From contig CAWBMF010000004.1 in the NCBI GenBank assembly GCA_963789835.1, forward strand, positions 128,319 through 192,318: a stretch of 64,000 nt of DNA, read 5' to 3'. Each line of letters starts with the position of its first letter. Position 1 is the first letter of the stretch. Source of the stretch: an uncultured delta proteobacterium (GTDB lineage Bacteria; Desulfobacterota; Binatia; Binatales; Binataceae). The notes below the pieces were generated by a model, which had not been told where the DNA came from, did not search any database, and worked only from the letters and a program-made list of their open reading frames with translations. A program made the translations under genes and the position numbers. Shown piece by piece: positions 30,960 to 40,452 of the stretch.

Positions 30960-31073
30960 ATGACAGGAGTGCGCGGGCTACTCCTTATGAGCGCGGCCAT
31001 GACAGGAGCGTGCGGGCGACTCCTTATCAGTGCGGCATGCAGGAGCGCGCGGGCGATTCCTTATGAGCGCGCC
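30960..31073. repeat. three tandem ~38-bp repeats, each with an internal GGAG..CTCC hairpin, overlapping the 3' end and stop codon of the GNAT gene
   Basis: ATGACAGGAGTGCGCGGGCTACTCCTTATGAGCGCGGCC / ATGACAGGAGCGTGCGGGCGACTCCTTATCAGTGCGGC / ATGCAGGAGCGCGCGGGCGATTCCTTATGAGCGCGCC. Confidence 0.75.
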
Positions 31074-31597
31074 GAGAAGTTGCGGGCTTCGAGGAGGTAG
31101 AGCACGTGCGGGAGGCCCGCGTGAACGATGTCGCGCTGGTAGGTGAATCCGCAATGTTCCATAACGCCGCGGGATGCGCGGTTGTGCGTCAGGGTGAAGG
31201 CGACGATTTGATCGAGGCGCAGCTCGTCGAAGCCATGCTTCAATGCGGCGATTGAGATTTCGGTCGCGAAACCTTTGCGCCAGTGGTCAGACCTGATCGC
31301 GTAGGCGAGTTCAACCTGGTCGCGGCCTTCGACGGTCGTGTGTCGGATTCCACCGTAGCCGACGAAGTCGCCGCCCGCGTCCTCGCGGCAGATCCACAGG
31401 CCGAAGCCGTGCGACTTCCAGTGATCGGCGGCGCGCTCGAGGAAGGCGCGGCTCTGCTCTTCGCTGAAGGTCTTGCCGTCGGCAGACAGCGTCGCCATCA
31501 CGCGCGAATCGCTGTGCAGGCGGCGAATATCGGCGAAGTCGCTCGGGCTCGCGGGCGTGCCGATCAAGCGAAGGGTGCGCAGTTCGCGCTTAAACAC
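31061..31597 (-). CDS. GNAT family N-acetyltransferase (RimJ/RimL-like)
   Basis: 178 aa. Acetyl-CoA-binding motif region (..RKGFATEISIAALKHGFDEL..). Confidence 0.8.
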   Translation of the reverse strand: MFKRELRTLRLIGTPASPSDFADIRRLHSDSRVMATLSADGKTFSEEQSRAFLERAADHWKSHGFGLWICREDAGGDFVGYGGIRHTTVEGRDQVELAYAIRSDHWRKGFATEISIAALKHGFDELRLDQIVAFTLTHNRASRGVMEHCGFTYQRDIVHAGLPHVLYLLEARNFSARS

Positions 31598-32009
31598 TCA
31601 CGTTGAGCGCGACGTCGATGTTGCCGCGGGTGGCGATGGAATATGGGCACACCTGGTGCGCCGCGTTCACCAGCGACTGTGCGGCTGCGCGATCCATGCC
31701 CGGCAGGCTGACGTTGAGACGAGCCGCGAGGCCGTAAGCGCCGTGCGAGGTGCCGAGGTCCACTTCGGCGTCGATGGCCGCGTCGGCAGGTACCGCGACC
31801 TTGGTCCTGAGCGCCACGACCTTAATCGCCGACAGAAAGCATGCCGACCAGCCTGCGGCGAACAACTCCTCGGGGTTGGTGCCGTTGCCCGGCGCGCCAG
31901 GCATCGACAGCTTGACGTCCAGGCGGCCATCGCTGGTGCGCGACGCGCCGTCGCGGCCACCGGTCGTGTGAGCTTTGGCGGTGTACACAACTTTTTCGAA
32001 TTGAGCCAT
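31590..32009 (-). CDS. ohr: organic hydroperoxide resistance protein, OsmC/Ohr family
   Basis: 139 aa with the two conserved Ohr cysteines (..GWSACFLSA.. and ..HQVCPYS..). Confidence 0.85.
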   Translation of the reverse strand: MAQFEKVVYTAKAHTTGGRDGASRTSDGRLDVKLSMPGAPGNGTNPEELFAAGWSACFLSAIKVVALRTKVAVPADAAIDAEVDLGTSHGAYGLAARLNVSLPGMDRAAAQSLVNAAHQVCPYSIATRGNIDVALNVSV

Positions 32010-32057
32010 GGTGGAACTCCTCGAGCTATCGGTTGCCGCGCAATCGAACGAGCGCGG

Positions 32058-32726
32058 CTATTTCTTGCGCACGATGGTGAGACCGTCGGCGACGGCGAGC
32101 ATCACGGCCTCGACGCGAGTGTCCTTCGCGATGAAGTCGTTGAGCTTGCGCAGCGCTTGCGTGTCGGTGTCCTGTACCGACTCGTCCATGATTCGACCGC
32201 TCCACAGCACGTTGTCGAGCAGGATGAGTCCGCTCGGGCGCATCCGCTTCAGAATTTCCTCGTAGTAAATCGCGTAGTTCGTCTTGTCAGCGTCGATGAA
32301 TGCGAAGTCGAACGTGTGCGACGCGGGCAACGCCTTCAGGGTCTCGGCGGCGGGCGCCAGCTTGAGGGTTATCTTGTTCGCGACGCCGGCGCGTTCCCAA
32401 TAGCGGCGCCCGAGGCTGGTCCATTCTTCATTGACGTCGCAGCACAGCAGCTTGCCGTCGGCGGGTAACGCCCGGGCCACGCACAGTGCGCTGTAGCCGG
32501 TGAACGTGCCGACTTCGACGGCGGAGCGCGCGCCGATCGCAGCGGCGAGGATTCCCATGAGGGTTCCTTGCTCGGCGGCAATCTGCATCCCGCTGACGCG
32601 ACCCAGTTTCGTGGTTTCAGCCGCCAATTCCGCGCGGAGAGGATCGCCGTTGTGCCCGTGCGCGACGGCGTATTCGTAGAGTTTCGGAGTGAGGGGAATA
32701 AATTTCAGATGTTCTGCCATGCCCAC
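32058..32726 (-). CDS. class I SAM-dependent O-methyltransferase (caffeoyl-CoA OMT-like, YrrM type)
   Basis: SAM motif VEVGTFTGYSAL. Metal-binding D..D..N pattern (FIDADKTNY; LLDNVLW). Confidence 0.8.
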   Translation of the reverse strand: MGMAEHLKFIPLTPKLYEYAVAHGHNGDPLRAELAAETTKLGRVSGMQIAAEQGTLMGILAAAIGARSAVEVGTFTGYSALCVARALPADGKLLCCDVNEEWTSLGRRYWERAGVANKITLKLAPAAETLKALPASHTFDFAFIDADKTNYAIYYEEILKRMRPSGLILLDNVLWSGRIMDESVQDTDTQALRKLNDFIAKDTRVEAVMLAVADGLTIVRKK

Positions 32727-32757
32727 TAAGATGGCAGGAAGGGCGGTTTCAGAAAAG

Positions 32758-34041
32758 CTATCGGCCGCCGAGATACGCGAAGTCGCCGTGCTGATTCACC
32801 GTCAAAGTGCCGGTGAAGATCGAGTGATGCTTCTGCGCGCCCATCGCGATTCGATAGATGAACTCGGATTCGCCGACCTCGAAGAAGGCGTCGTCGGGCG
32901 AGAGCACGTAGAGCTTTTCGCGATCGTCGGAATCGGTGGCGCCCACGAACATCGCGCCCGACGCCGTCAACACGGGATCGCCCAGCGACTCCAGTTCGGT
33001 GCCGATGGGAGTGAGCTGTCCGCGCTCGATGCGCAAATCGAGCCGCTGATGCGTCAGGCGGAAAATTGCCGGAATGTGCGCGCATCCTGCCAGCACCGCG
33101 GTCGTGCCATCAGCCATTAATCCCGGGCGGCCGGCGGACAGAAACGAAACCGGACCGGCACTGGTCAGCGTGCCGGTCGGCAGTATTCGCGCCATCGAAC
33201 CGCCGCTGTATAGGAACAGCGCCGCACCGCTGGGCGTCTTGGCCGTGAACGCGACCATTATGCCGAGCGGAGTCGGCAGAGCGACGGGCAATCCGAATGG
33301 GCGTTGATAGAGCGTGTGATTCGGTCCGTATTCGCCTTCGACCGCAAGCTCGCTTACACCGCCCGCAGGGGAAGCGAGCAGCAGAGCCTGATGATGTCCC
33401 ACAGGCTTTGAGTCGTCGCCGAGAAAGCCGGTGAACGCGACCTGGCCGTCGTCGCCAATTTGCGCGCTGCCGAAACTCAATATCGCGATCTGGTGGCCCG
33501 AGGTGGTTTTCTCACCGGCCTTCGCGAGGCAGGCGAGCTGTCCGTGCGAATAAAAGAACAGCGCATCGGGGCCGTGCGGCACCGTCGAGATGAAGGCGAT
33601 ATTTCCGTCCATGTCGGCGACTGGATAGGGGTCGCCCTTGAATGCCGGCGTGCAGTCGTCGGTGAGCTTCTTCGGATTGACGGCGCTGATGACGCGGCGG
33701 CTGGGAACGGCGTCGGCATTGCCGATGAAAATATTCCAGCGCGGCTTGAGGTTGGCGTCCTTGGGCTGCGATTCGGCGCCGAAGATCACGCGTCCATCAG
33801 GCATCATCGACGGCACGCCGACTTCGGTCACAATCCCGGCGCCCGCGCGATTGGGCAACCGCATCCCGATTGCGGTAATCAGCACCGGCACGCCGTTGCT
33901 GTCGCTGGCATAGACTGCCTGCGTATTGTCCATCTGCACGTCGGCGCCGTTGCCGCTGAGACTCAGCGAGACGGCGTGCGCGCTGAGCGGAGTCAGCAGC
34001 AGAATCGCGAGCGCAGATGCCAACGCCCTGAAATTAAACAT
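32758..34041 (-). CDS. secreted hypothetical protein (probable beta-rich/propeller-like)
   Basis: Signal peptide MFNFRALASALAILLLTPLSAHA. 427 aa, Gly/Ser/Thr-rich beta-strand-like repeats. No family recognised. Confidence 0.5.
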   Translation of the reverse strand: MFNFRALASALAILLLTPLSAHAVSLSLSGNGADVQMDNTQAVYASDSNGVPVLITAIGMRLPNRAGAGIVTEVGVPSMMPDGRVIFGAESQPKDANLKPRWNIFIGNADAVPSRRVISAVNPKKLTDDCTPAFKGDPYPVADMDGNIAFISTVPHGPDALFFYSHGQLACLAKAGEKTTSGHQIAILSFGSAQIGDDGQVAFTGFLGDDSKPVGHHQALLLASPAGGVSELAVEGEYGPNHTLYQRPFGLPVALPTPLGIMVAFTAKTPSGAALFLYSGGSMARILPTGTLTSAGPVSFLSAGRPGLMADGTTAVLAGCAHIPAIFRLTHQRLDLRIERGQLTPIGTELESLGDPVLTASGAMFVGATDSDDREKLYVLSPDDAFFEVGESEFIYRIAMGAQKHHSIFTGTLTVNQHGDFAYLGGR

Positions 34042-34273
34042 TTTTCCCCAAGCCCCAAATCAGTAGCCCGAATCCAAGTTCCCCACAAAACTTATAGTCA
34101 CCGGGACACACGAGATGCAATGCAAAGAAAAAGCCATCGCAGACCACTGGTAGCGTCGATAACGGCGAGTCGGGGAGTTTCATCCATCGCTATGGATCGT
34201 AGTATATCGCAGGCAGGCGAAACCACAGTTTGAGAAATATAAAGCGACGGTTTAAGTTTCAAAAGGAAGCGCG

Positions 34274-34897
34274 ATGAGTGAAATTCAGGTCTCGTTTCGA
34301 TCCGGTGATCTGACGCTGGAAGGACTGCTCGCCAATCCCGGCGCAAACGCGCCTGCGGCGGTCGTCTGCCACCCGCATCCTCTTTATGGCGGCTCGATGT
34401 ACAACAACGTGGTCGACGCGATCCTCGCGGCGATGTGGCAGGCCGGCTACGCGACGCTGCGCTTCAACTTTCGCGGCGTCGGCGCCAGTGAGGGCGAGCA
34501 TGACGGCGGTCCCGGCGAAGTCGACGACGCGGTCGCGGCGATGACGTATCTGCTGGCGCAGCCGGGCGTGCGCAAAGAAGGCGCGGTGATGGCGGGATAT
34601 TCGTTCGGCGCGATGGTGGCGGTGAGCGCAGGATATGAACGCGCGGAGATCGCGCGAATCGTGGCGGTCGCGCTACCACTCGCGATGGCAGATGCGCGCA
34701 TTCCGGAGGGCGCGTCGAAGCCGGTGCTGTTGGTCTCGGGCGATCGCGATTCGTACTCGCCAGTTGCGGGACTGCAAGCGCTCAAGTCGAAGATCGGCGG
34801 CTCGGCGCGGCTCGAGATCGTCGCCGGCGCCGATCATTTCTTCGGCGGCCGCGAAGCGGAACTGGTGCGCGTGATTAGCGCCGCGCTGGCAGCCTAA
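34274..34897 (+). CDS. alpha/beta-fold hydrolase
   Basis: 207 aa. GYSFG nucleophile elbow, Asp and His (GADHFF) downstream. Confidence 0.7.
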   Translation: MSEIQVSFRSGDLTLEGLLANPGANAPAAVVCHPHPLYGGSMYNNVVDAILAAMWQAGYATLRFNFRGVGASEGEHDGGPGEVDDAVAAMTYLLAQPGVRKEGAVMAGYSFGAMVAVSAGYERAEIARIVAVALPLAMADARIPEGASKPVLLVSGDRDSYSPVAGLQALKSKIGGSARLEIVAGADHFFGGREAELVRVISAALAA

Positions 34898-35993
34898 CTG
34901 CCCGCGGTGCAGGCGGAGCAGATCGAGTAGCTTGCCAGATGGCGTAGAAAGGATCGTCGGTGTGCGCCTTCGCGATCGAAATGATCTGCGCGATGGTCGC
35001 GCGCAAGTCACCGTGATTCATCCGCTGGAGCGCGGCGAAGTTGTCGAGCTGGTGAAAATAAATCATGTAGTTCACCAGCACCGCGTTGTTCAGCGGCTGC
35101 TTGTCGAGGTCGAAGCGCTCGAGTCCCGATAGCGTCGGCGCCAACGCGGCGTAGTCGGCCTTGATCGCCGCAAACGCAGCCTCGCGACGCTGGTCGAGTT
35201 CCGCCTTCGGCAGCTTCGCCATATAGATATCGAGCAGCCGCGCCTGCTCCTTCAGCAGAAAGCGCGCGAACTTGAGATCGCTGTCGAGAATGCCGCGCGC
35301 CGCAATCGTCGAGGGCGCCGACTCGCCGTCAGTCGCCGCGAAAAACGCGACCGCGCCCGCACTGCCGACATAGGTGGCGGCCGACTCGTCGAACATCGCG
35401 TCGCTGGCCAGGTAATACGTGCGATGGAACAGCTCGTGGATGATCACGCCCGCCAGCTCGACGCGATCGAGTTTGAGCAGATTGGTCAGCAACGGATCGT
35501 CGAAAAATCCAAGGCTCGAGAACGCCACCGCCGGCCGCACCATCGTGTCGAGGCCCTGCGCCTCGAGCGACGACGCCTCGGCCATCGCGTCGCTCTCGTT
35601 GAAATAGCCGCGGTACGGCACGCGCCCGACTATCGGAAACCACCACGTGTACGGGTCGAGCGAGTCGCGCGGCGCCGCCATCACGACGTGCACGATCGCG
35701 CCCTTGTCGACCGGCGCGATACTTTCATACGCACCGCCGACGTTCTCGCCGAGCTGCTCAGCCGCGAACTTGCGCACCGCGAGCACGGTCTCCAGTTTCG
35801 CGCGAGTGTCCGCCGGCAGATCGCCACGCGCGAGCGCGTCGTCGATCGGCTTGCGATTCCACAGGATGCGGCCTTCCTCGTACGCGGCGCGCGTGTAGTA
35901 GCATCCGCTCAGCAGAATCGCCGCGAAGATTATCGCCACAACGCGCGGCAGATACGCCGCTCGAATTGGTGCCCGCACCCGCCTCCGCATCAT
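34875..35993 (-). CDS. predicted lipoprotein aminopeptidase (DUF2265-type, HExxH)
   Basis: Lipobox LLSGC. HELFH zinc-binding motif. Confidence 0.65.
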   Translation of the reverse strand: MMRRRVRAPIRAAYLPRVVAIIFAAILLSGCYYTRAAYEEGRILWNRKPIDDALARGDLPADTRAKLETVLAVRKFAAEQLGENVGGAYESIAPVDKGAIVHVVMAAPRDSLDPYTWWFPIVGRVPYRGYFNESDAMAEASSLEAQGLDTMVRPAVAFSSLGFFDDPLLTNLLKLDRVELAGVIIHELFHRTYYLASDAMFDESAATYVGSAGAVAFFAATDGESAPSTIAARGILDSDLKFARFLLKEQARLLDIYMAKLPKAELDQRREAAFAAIKADYAALAPTLSGLERFDLDKQPLNNAVLVNYMIYFHQLDNFAALQRMNHGDLRATIAQIISIAKAHTDDPFYAIWQATRSAPPAPRAVRLPARR

Positions 35994-36020
35994 GCCGGCA
36001 CTTCCTAATGCTCGCGGGCG

Positions 36021-37862
36021 TCAGCCCGCCACGCGGCGGTCGCTGTTTGCCATCGCAGCGTACTGCAATTCGAATAGCCGGTAGTAAAGTCCGCGCTGTG
36101 CGAGCAGCTCGTCATGCGTCCCGCTTTCGCGCAGCACGCCGCCGCTCAGCACCATGATCCGATCGGCGCGTTCGATCGTCGACAACCGATGCGCGATCAC
36201 GACGGCGGTGCGGTCCGCGAGCAACTCGTTCAGCGCCAACTGGATCAGGCGCTCGGTCTCACTGTCCACGCTCGAGGTCGCTTCGTCCATCACGAGGATT
36301 CGCGGGTTGTACGCGAGCGCGCGCGCGAACGACAGCAGTTGCCGCTGGCCCGACGACAGGTTCGCACCGCGCTCGCGAATTTCCTCCGCCAATGCGCCCG
36401 GCAATCGCTCGACGAAACGCAGCGCCTGCGCCCGGCGCAGCGCATCGCGCACTTCCGCTTCGCTCAGCTCGGTTCGCGACAGCCGGATATTTTCCATCAC
36501 GTCGCCGGCGAACAGAAACACGTCCTGCTGCACGTATCCAATCTCGCGCCGCAGCGCGGCGAGGTCCCACTCGCGCACATCGACGCCGTCGACCAGGATT
36601 CGTCCGCTGGTCACGTCGTACGAGCGATTCAGCAGCTTGATGATGGTGGTCTTGCCCGAGCCGGTCGCGCCGACGATCGCGATCTTCTGTCCGGCGGCGA
36701 CGGTGAAACTGAGGTCTTTCAGAATCGGCTCGCCGGGGCGATATTCGAAGTTGACGTGATCGAACACGATCGATCCGCGCGAAATCGCCGGGCTCTGCGG
36801 ATGCTCGGCGAGCGCAAGTGTCTTCTCGCCTTCCATCAACGCGTGAATCTTCTCGACTGCTGCCAGGGCCGATTGCAGCGCGCTGTACTTGGTCGAGATG
36901 TCGCGCAGCGGCATGAAGAATTGTTGCGCGTACTGGATAAACGCGATCAGCGTGCCGAGCGTCACCAGGTGCCGGATGACGCTGCCGCCGCCAATCCACA
37001 AAATGACCGCGACCGTGATCGAGCTGAGCGCTTCGACCGACGAAAATTGCGCGGCCTCGTACACGTTCGCCATCATCTGCACGTCGCGCGAGCGCAGGTT
37101 GAGCACGTCGAACTCGCGGCGGCTTTCGCGTTCGCGGGTGAAGAGTTGCACGATCACCATGCCGGCCAGCGCTTCGGACAGGTAGGAGTTCAGCGCCGCG
37201 AGCCGGTCACGTATCTGGCCGTACACGATGCGCGAGCGCGAACTCAGAAAGTAAATCACGGCGGTCAGCGGCGGAATCGCGCACAGCGCCGACAATGCCA
37301 GCCGCGGACTCAACGAGATCATGATCGTTATGATGCCCAGCAGCGTCATCGCGTCGATGAATATCGTCAGCGATCCGGCCGAGAACATATCGTTGATCGA
37401 ATCGATGTCGGTCGTCATGCGGCTGACCAGCCTGCCGACCGGCGTGCGATCGAAGAACGACATCGGCAAGCGTTCGACCTTGCGGAACAGCGCCATCCGC
37501 AAATCGGAAAGGCTGAACTGCGCGACCATCATCATCAAATAAAATTGTGCGTAGAACGCGCCGAACTCGCAGATCACCAGCGCCAGGTACAGACCGCCCA
37601 TCACGAACAGACCGTGCCCGCCCGCCGCGTGGAGCAGCATCGCAAGCCATGCGGGCGCCGGCGCTCCATGCGCGCCCGACAGGAATTCGTCGACGGTCAG
37701 CTTGATGACGTACGGCTGCGCGAGCAGGAACGCCGTGTCGAGCGGCATCAGAATCGTCGCCAGCCAGAACAGCCCCTGGTACGGACGGATGTACTGCCAC
37801 ACCCATCGCACCAGCGTGGTGTCGTAGTTCTTGGCGAGCGGCTTTTCTTCGGCGACTTGCAT
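36021..37862 (-). CDS. ABC transporter permease/ATP-binding protein (type I exporter half-transporter)
   Basis: 6-TM domain plus NBD with Walker A GATGSGKTT, signature LSSGQRQ and Walker B ILVMDEATS. Confidence 0.9.
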   Translation of the reverse strand: MQVAEEKPLAKNYDTTLVRWVWQYIRPYQGLFWLATILMPLDTAFLLAQPYVIKLTVDEFLSGAHGAPAPAWLAMLLHAAGGHGLFVMGGLYLALVICEFGAFYAQFYLMMMVAQFSLSDLRMALFRKVERLPMSFFDRTPVGRLVSRMTTDIDSINDMFSAGSLTIFIDAMTLLGIITIMISLSPRLALSALCAIPPLTAVIYFLSSRSRIVYGQIRDRLAALNSYLSEALAGMVIVQLFTRERESRREFDVLNLRSRDVQMMANVYEAAQFSSVEALSSITVAVILWIGGGSVIRHLVTLGTLIAFIQYAQQFFMPLRDISTKYSALQSALAAVEKIHALMEGEKTLALAEHPQSPAISRGSIVFDHVNFEYRPGEPILKDLSFTVAAGQKIAIVGATGSGKTTIIKLLNRSYDVTSGRILVDGVDVREWDLAALRREIGYVQQDVFLFAGDVMENIRLSRTELSEAEVRDALRRAQALRFVERLPGALAEEIRERGANLSSGQRQLLSFARALAYNPRILVMDEATSSVDSETERLIQLALNELLADRTAVVIAHRLSTIERADRIMVLSGGVLRESGTHDELLAQRGLYYRLFELQYAAMANSDRRVAG

Positions 37863-37863
37863 C

Positions 37864-39615
37864 TCAGTAGCGGCTCAATTCCTCTTCGAGCAACTGGCGA
37901 TGGAACAGCTCGGCGTAGATTCCGCGGCGGCCCATCAGCTGCTCATGCGTGCCGCGCTCCGCAATCTCGCCGTCTTCGAGCACGACGATTTGATCCGAGT
38001 CGCGCACGGTGGAGGCGCGATGCGAGACGACGATGGTAGTGCGGCCCTCGACGCTCTTCTCGAGGCTGTCGAGCACCGACTTTTCAGTTTCGGTATCGAC
38101 GCTCGACAGCGCGTCGTCGAGCACCACGACCGCGGGATTGTAGGCGAGCAGCCGCGCGATCGTCACGCGTTGCTTCTGTCCGCCCGACAGCGCCATCCCG
38201 CGCTCGCCGACGATCGTGTCGAGGCCGTGCGGCAACACCGCGATGTCCGGCTCGAGCCCGGCGATGCGCGTGGCGCTCTGGATTTCGTCGAGCGACGCAT
38301 CGGTCTTGCCGAAAGCGACGTTGCGCGCGAGCGTGTCGGTGAACAGCGTCGGCTCCTGCGGGACCATTCCGACCGTGCGCCGCAGCGCAGGCAGCGGCAT
38401 GTCCTCGACATCGCGGCCGTCGAGCAGAATTTTGCCTTCAGTCGGCTGCAGCAGCCGCGCCAGCAGCTTGACCATCGTCGATTTTCCCGAGCCGGTGCGC
38501 CCGACGATCGCGAGCTTCTCTCCCGCGCCCACTTTGACGTTGATGTTCTTCAGCGCATACGGAATTTTTCCGTTCGCGCCGTCGCCATTGTGCGCCAGGT
38601 AGCTGAACGAGACTCCCTTCCATTCGACGGCGCCGTTAATCTCGAGTTTGAGATCTTCGCCCGCGATGCTGTCGGCGCCGCGCGCGTTGAAAATTTCGTC
38701 GAGGCGATGCATCGACGCCTTGCCGCGCTGATAAAGCGACAGCATCCACCCGAGCGAGATGGTCGGCATCGCGAGCAGCCCCAGGTAGCTCAGAAACGCC
38801 ACCAGCGATCCGAGCGACATGCGTCCGTTGACTACCAGCGAGCCGCCGTAAATCAGTACGATCATCGTCGCGCAGGCCGACGCGCATCGAATCATCGGCA
38901 TCATGGCGCCGCGAGTGCGGGCCAGCGCGAGTCCCTGCTCGTTGTACGAATCGTTGATTTTGCGGAACAGCCCGGCGTCGTGTTCCTCGAGCGTGTAAGC
39001 TTTAACGACCGCAATCCCGGCCAGGCTCTCCTGCACCTTCGAGCCGATCGAGGCCAGCCCCTCCTGCACTCTCAGGCTCCGCATCATCATCGCGCGCATC
39101 AGCCGGCGGATAGCGACGAACAAAACGATGTAGGGGATGATCGCGAACAATGTCAGGCGCCGGTTGAGCGAACTCATGAAAACCAGCGCCAGCGTGTACA
39201 TCAGCGGCGTGTTCGAGACCGACATCACGAACATCCCGACCATCATTCGCACCGCGTTCAGGTCGTTGATCATCCGCGACATCAGGTCGCCGGTTTTGTA
39301 CTTCATGTAGAAGTCGGTGCCGAGCGTCGACAGATGCTTGAACAGATCGTTGCGCAAGTCGTATTCGATATCGCGGCCGATGTTGAAGATGACGAAGCGC
39401 GAGAACCAGCGCACCGTGCCGAGCATCAGCGCGAACAGGATCATCAAGCCCGCGTAATGCGCGACGAGGTCGGGGCGATGCTTGTCGGTCGCGTTGATCG
39501 CGTCGCGGATGAACAGCGGGATGATCATCGCGAGCGTGGCGTTCGCGAAGGTGCAAAGGATGCCGAATACGTAACGCAACCAGTAGCGTCGCGCGTAGGA
39601 AAACAGTCGTCTCAT
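37864..39615 (-). CDS. ABC transporter permease/ATP-binding protein (partner half-transporter)
   Basis: TMD plus NBD with GRTGSGKST, LSGGQKQR and VVVLDDALS. Stop lies 2 nt before the downstream partner start, suggesting a heterodimeric exporter. Confidence 0.9.
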   Translation of the reverse strand: MRRLFSYARRYWLRYVFGILCTFANATLAMIIPLFIRDAINATDKHRPDLVAHYAGLMILFALMLGTVRWFSRFVIFNIGRDIEYDLRNDLFKHLSTLGTDFYMKYKTGDLMSRMINDLNAVRMMVGMFVMSVSNTPLMYTLALVFMSSLNRRLTLFAIIPYIVLFVAIRRLMRAMMMRSLRVQEGLASIGSKVQESLAGIAVVKAYTLEEHDAGLFRKINDSYNEQGLALARTRGAMMPMIRCASACATMIVLIYGGSLVVNGRMSLGSLVAFLSYLGLLAMPTISLGWMLSLYQRGKASMHRLDEIFNARGADSIAGEDLKLEINGAVEWKGVSFSYLAHNGDGANGKIPYALKNINVKVGAGEKLAIVGRTGSGKSTMVKLLARLLQPTEGKILLDGRDVEDMPLPALRRTVGMVPQEPTLFTDTLARNVAFGKTDASLDEIQSATRIAGLEPDIAVLPHGLDTIVGERGMALSGGQKQRVTIARLLAYNPAVVVLDDALSSVDTETEKSVLDSLEKSVEGRTTIVVSHRASTVRDSDQIVVLEDGEIAERGTHEQLMGRRGIYAELFHRQLLEEELSRY

Positions 39616-39687
39616 GGGCTGAACGTTAAATTATCAGGTCTGCGCCACGATAGAAGTGGCCCGCAGCTCTTAGATTGGTGGAGTGAT

Positions 39688-40452
39688 CTATCCTTCGCCA
39701 GTCCGCGACTTCAACCGCCGCTCATACAACTTCGCGTACTTTAAAAACACGTAAAACGCCGCGGTCATCGCCGCGTACAGTCCGCGCCCGCCGTCGCGAA
39801 ATCCGCCGCGGATAATATAAAAGTTGAAAAACCGCCATGCCGGATTCGCGATCATCTTGAATGGCGTGAACGCGTTCGGCTCCTGCTCCATCGCAGCGCG
39901 CGAGCTGAACCGGTTCATCGTCGCGACGTGATCGGCGATATCGCGATAACTGAAATGCAGAATGGGCTTGTCCAGCCGCTCGACCCGTCCCTCGACTACG
40001 ACTTTGTCGTGCGGATCGCGCCCGCCAATATGCCCGCGCTCGCGGCGGAACAGACGCACGGGAGTGTCGGGATAAATCGCATGCGAGTAGTAATGCCCAA
40101 GGTGGTACAGGATGCGCCGAATCTTGTAGCCGTCGGCGGCGGCCGGCGACGACACGGCGCGCAGGATCTCCTCGCCGAGGTCGTGGGTCGCCTGCTCGTC
40201 GGCGTCCATCAGCAGCACCCAGTCGCCGGTCGCGCGATCGAGCGCCATCTGCTTCTGCTTCACGTAATTGGTGAACTCGTGCTGAACGACGTCGGCGCCG
40301 AGGCCGCGCGCAATCTCGACGGTTTTGTCGGTCGAGAACGAATCGATGATGATTTTCTCGTCGCAAAACCACGCGCTCTTGAGGCACTCGCCGATCAGCG
40401 CCTCTTCATCGCGCGTGATCGTGATCAGCGAAATCTTTGGCCGCTCTGACAT
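39688..40452 (-). CDS. family 2 glycosyltransferase
   Basis: N-terminal GT-A fold (ISLITITRDEE..; DAD motif LLMDADE). Confidence 0.8.
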   Translation of the reverse strand: MSERPKISLITITRDEEALIGECLKSAWFCDEKIIIDSFSTDKTVEIARGLGADVVQHEFTNYVKQKQMALDRATGDWVLLMDADEQATHDLGEEILRAVSSPAAADGYKIRRILYHLGHYYSHAIYPDTPVRLFRRERGHIGGRDPHDKVVVEGRVERLDKPILHFSYRDIADHVATMNRFSSRAAMEQEPNAFTPFKMIANPAWRFFNFYIIRGGFRDGGRGLYAAMTAAFYVFLKYAKLYERRLKSRTGEG

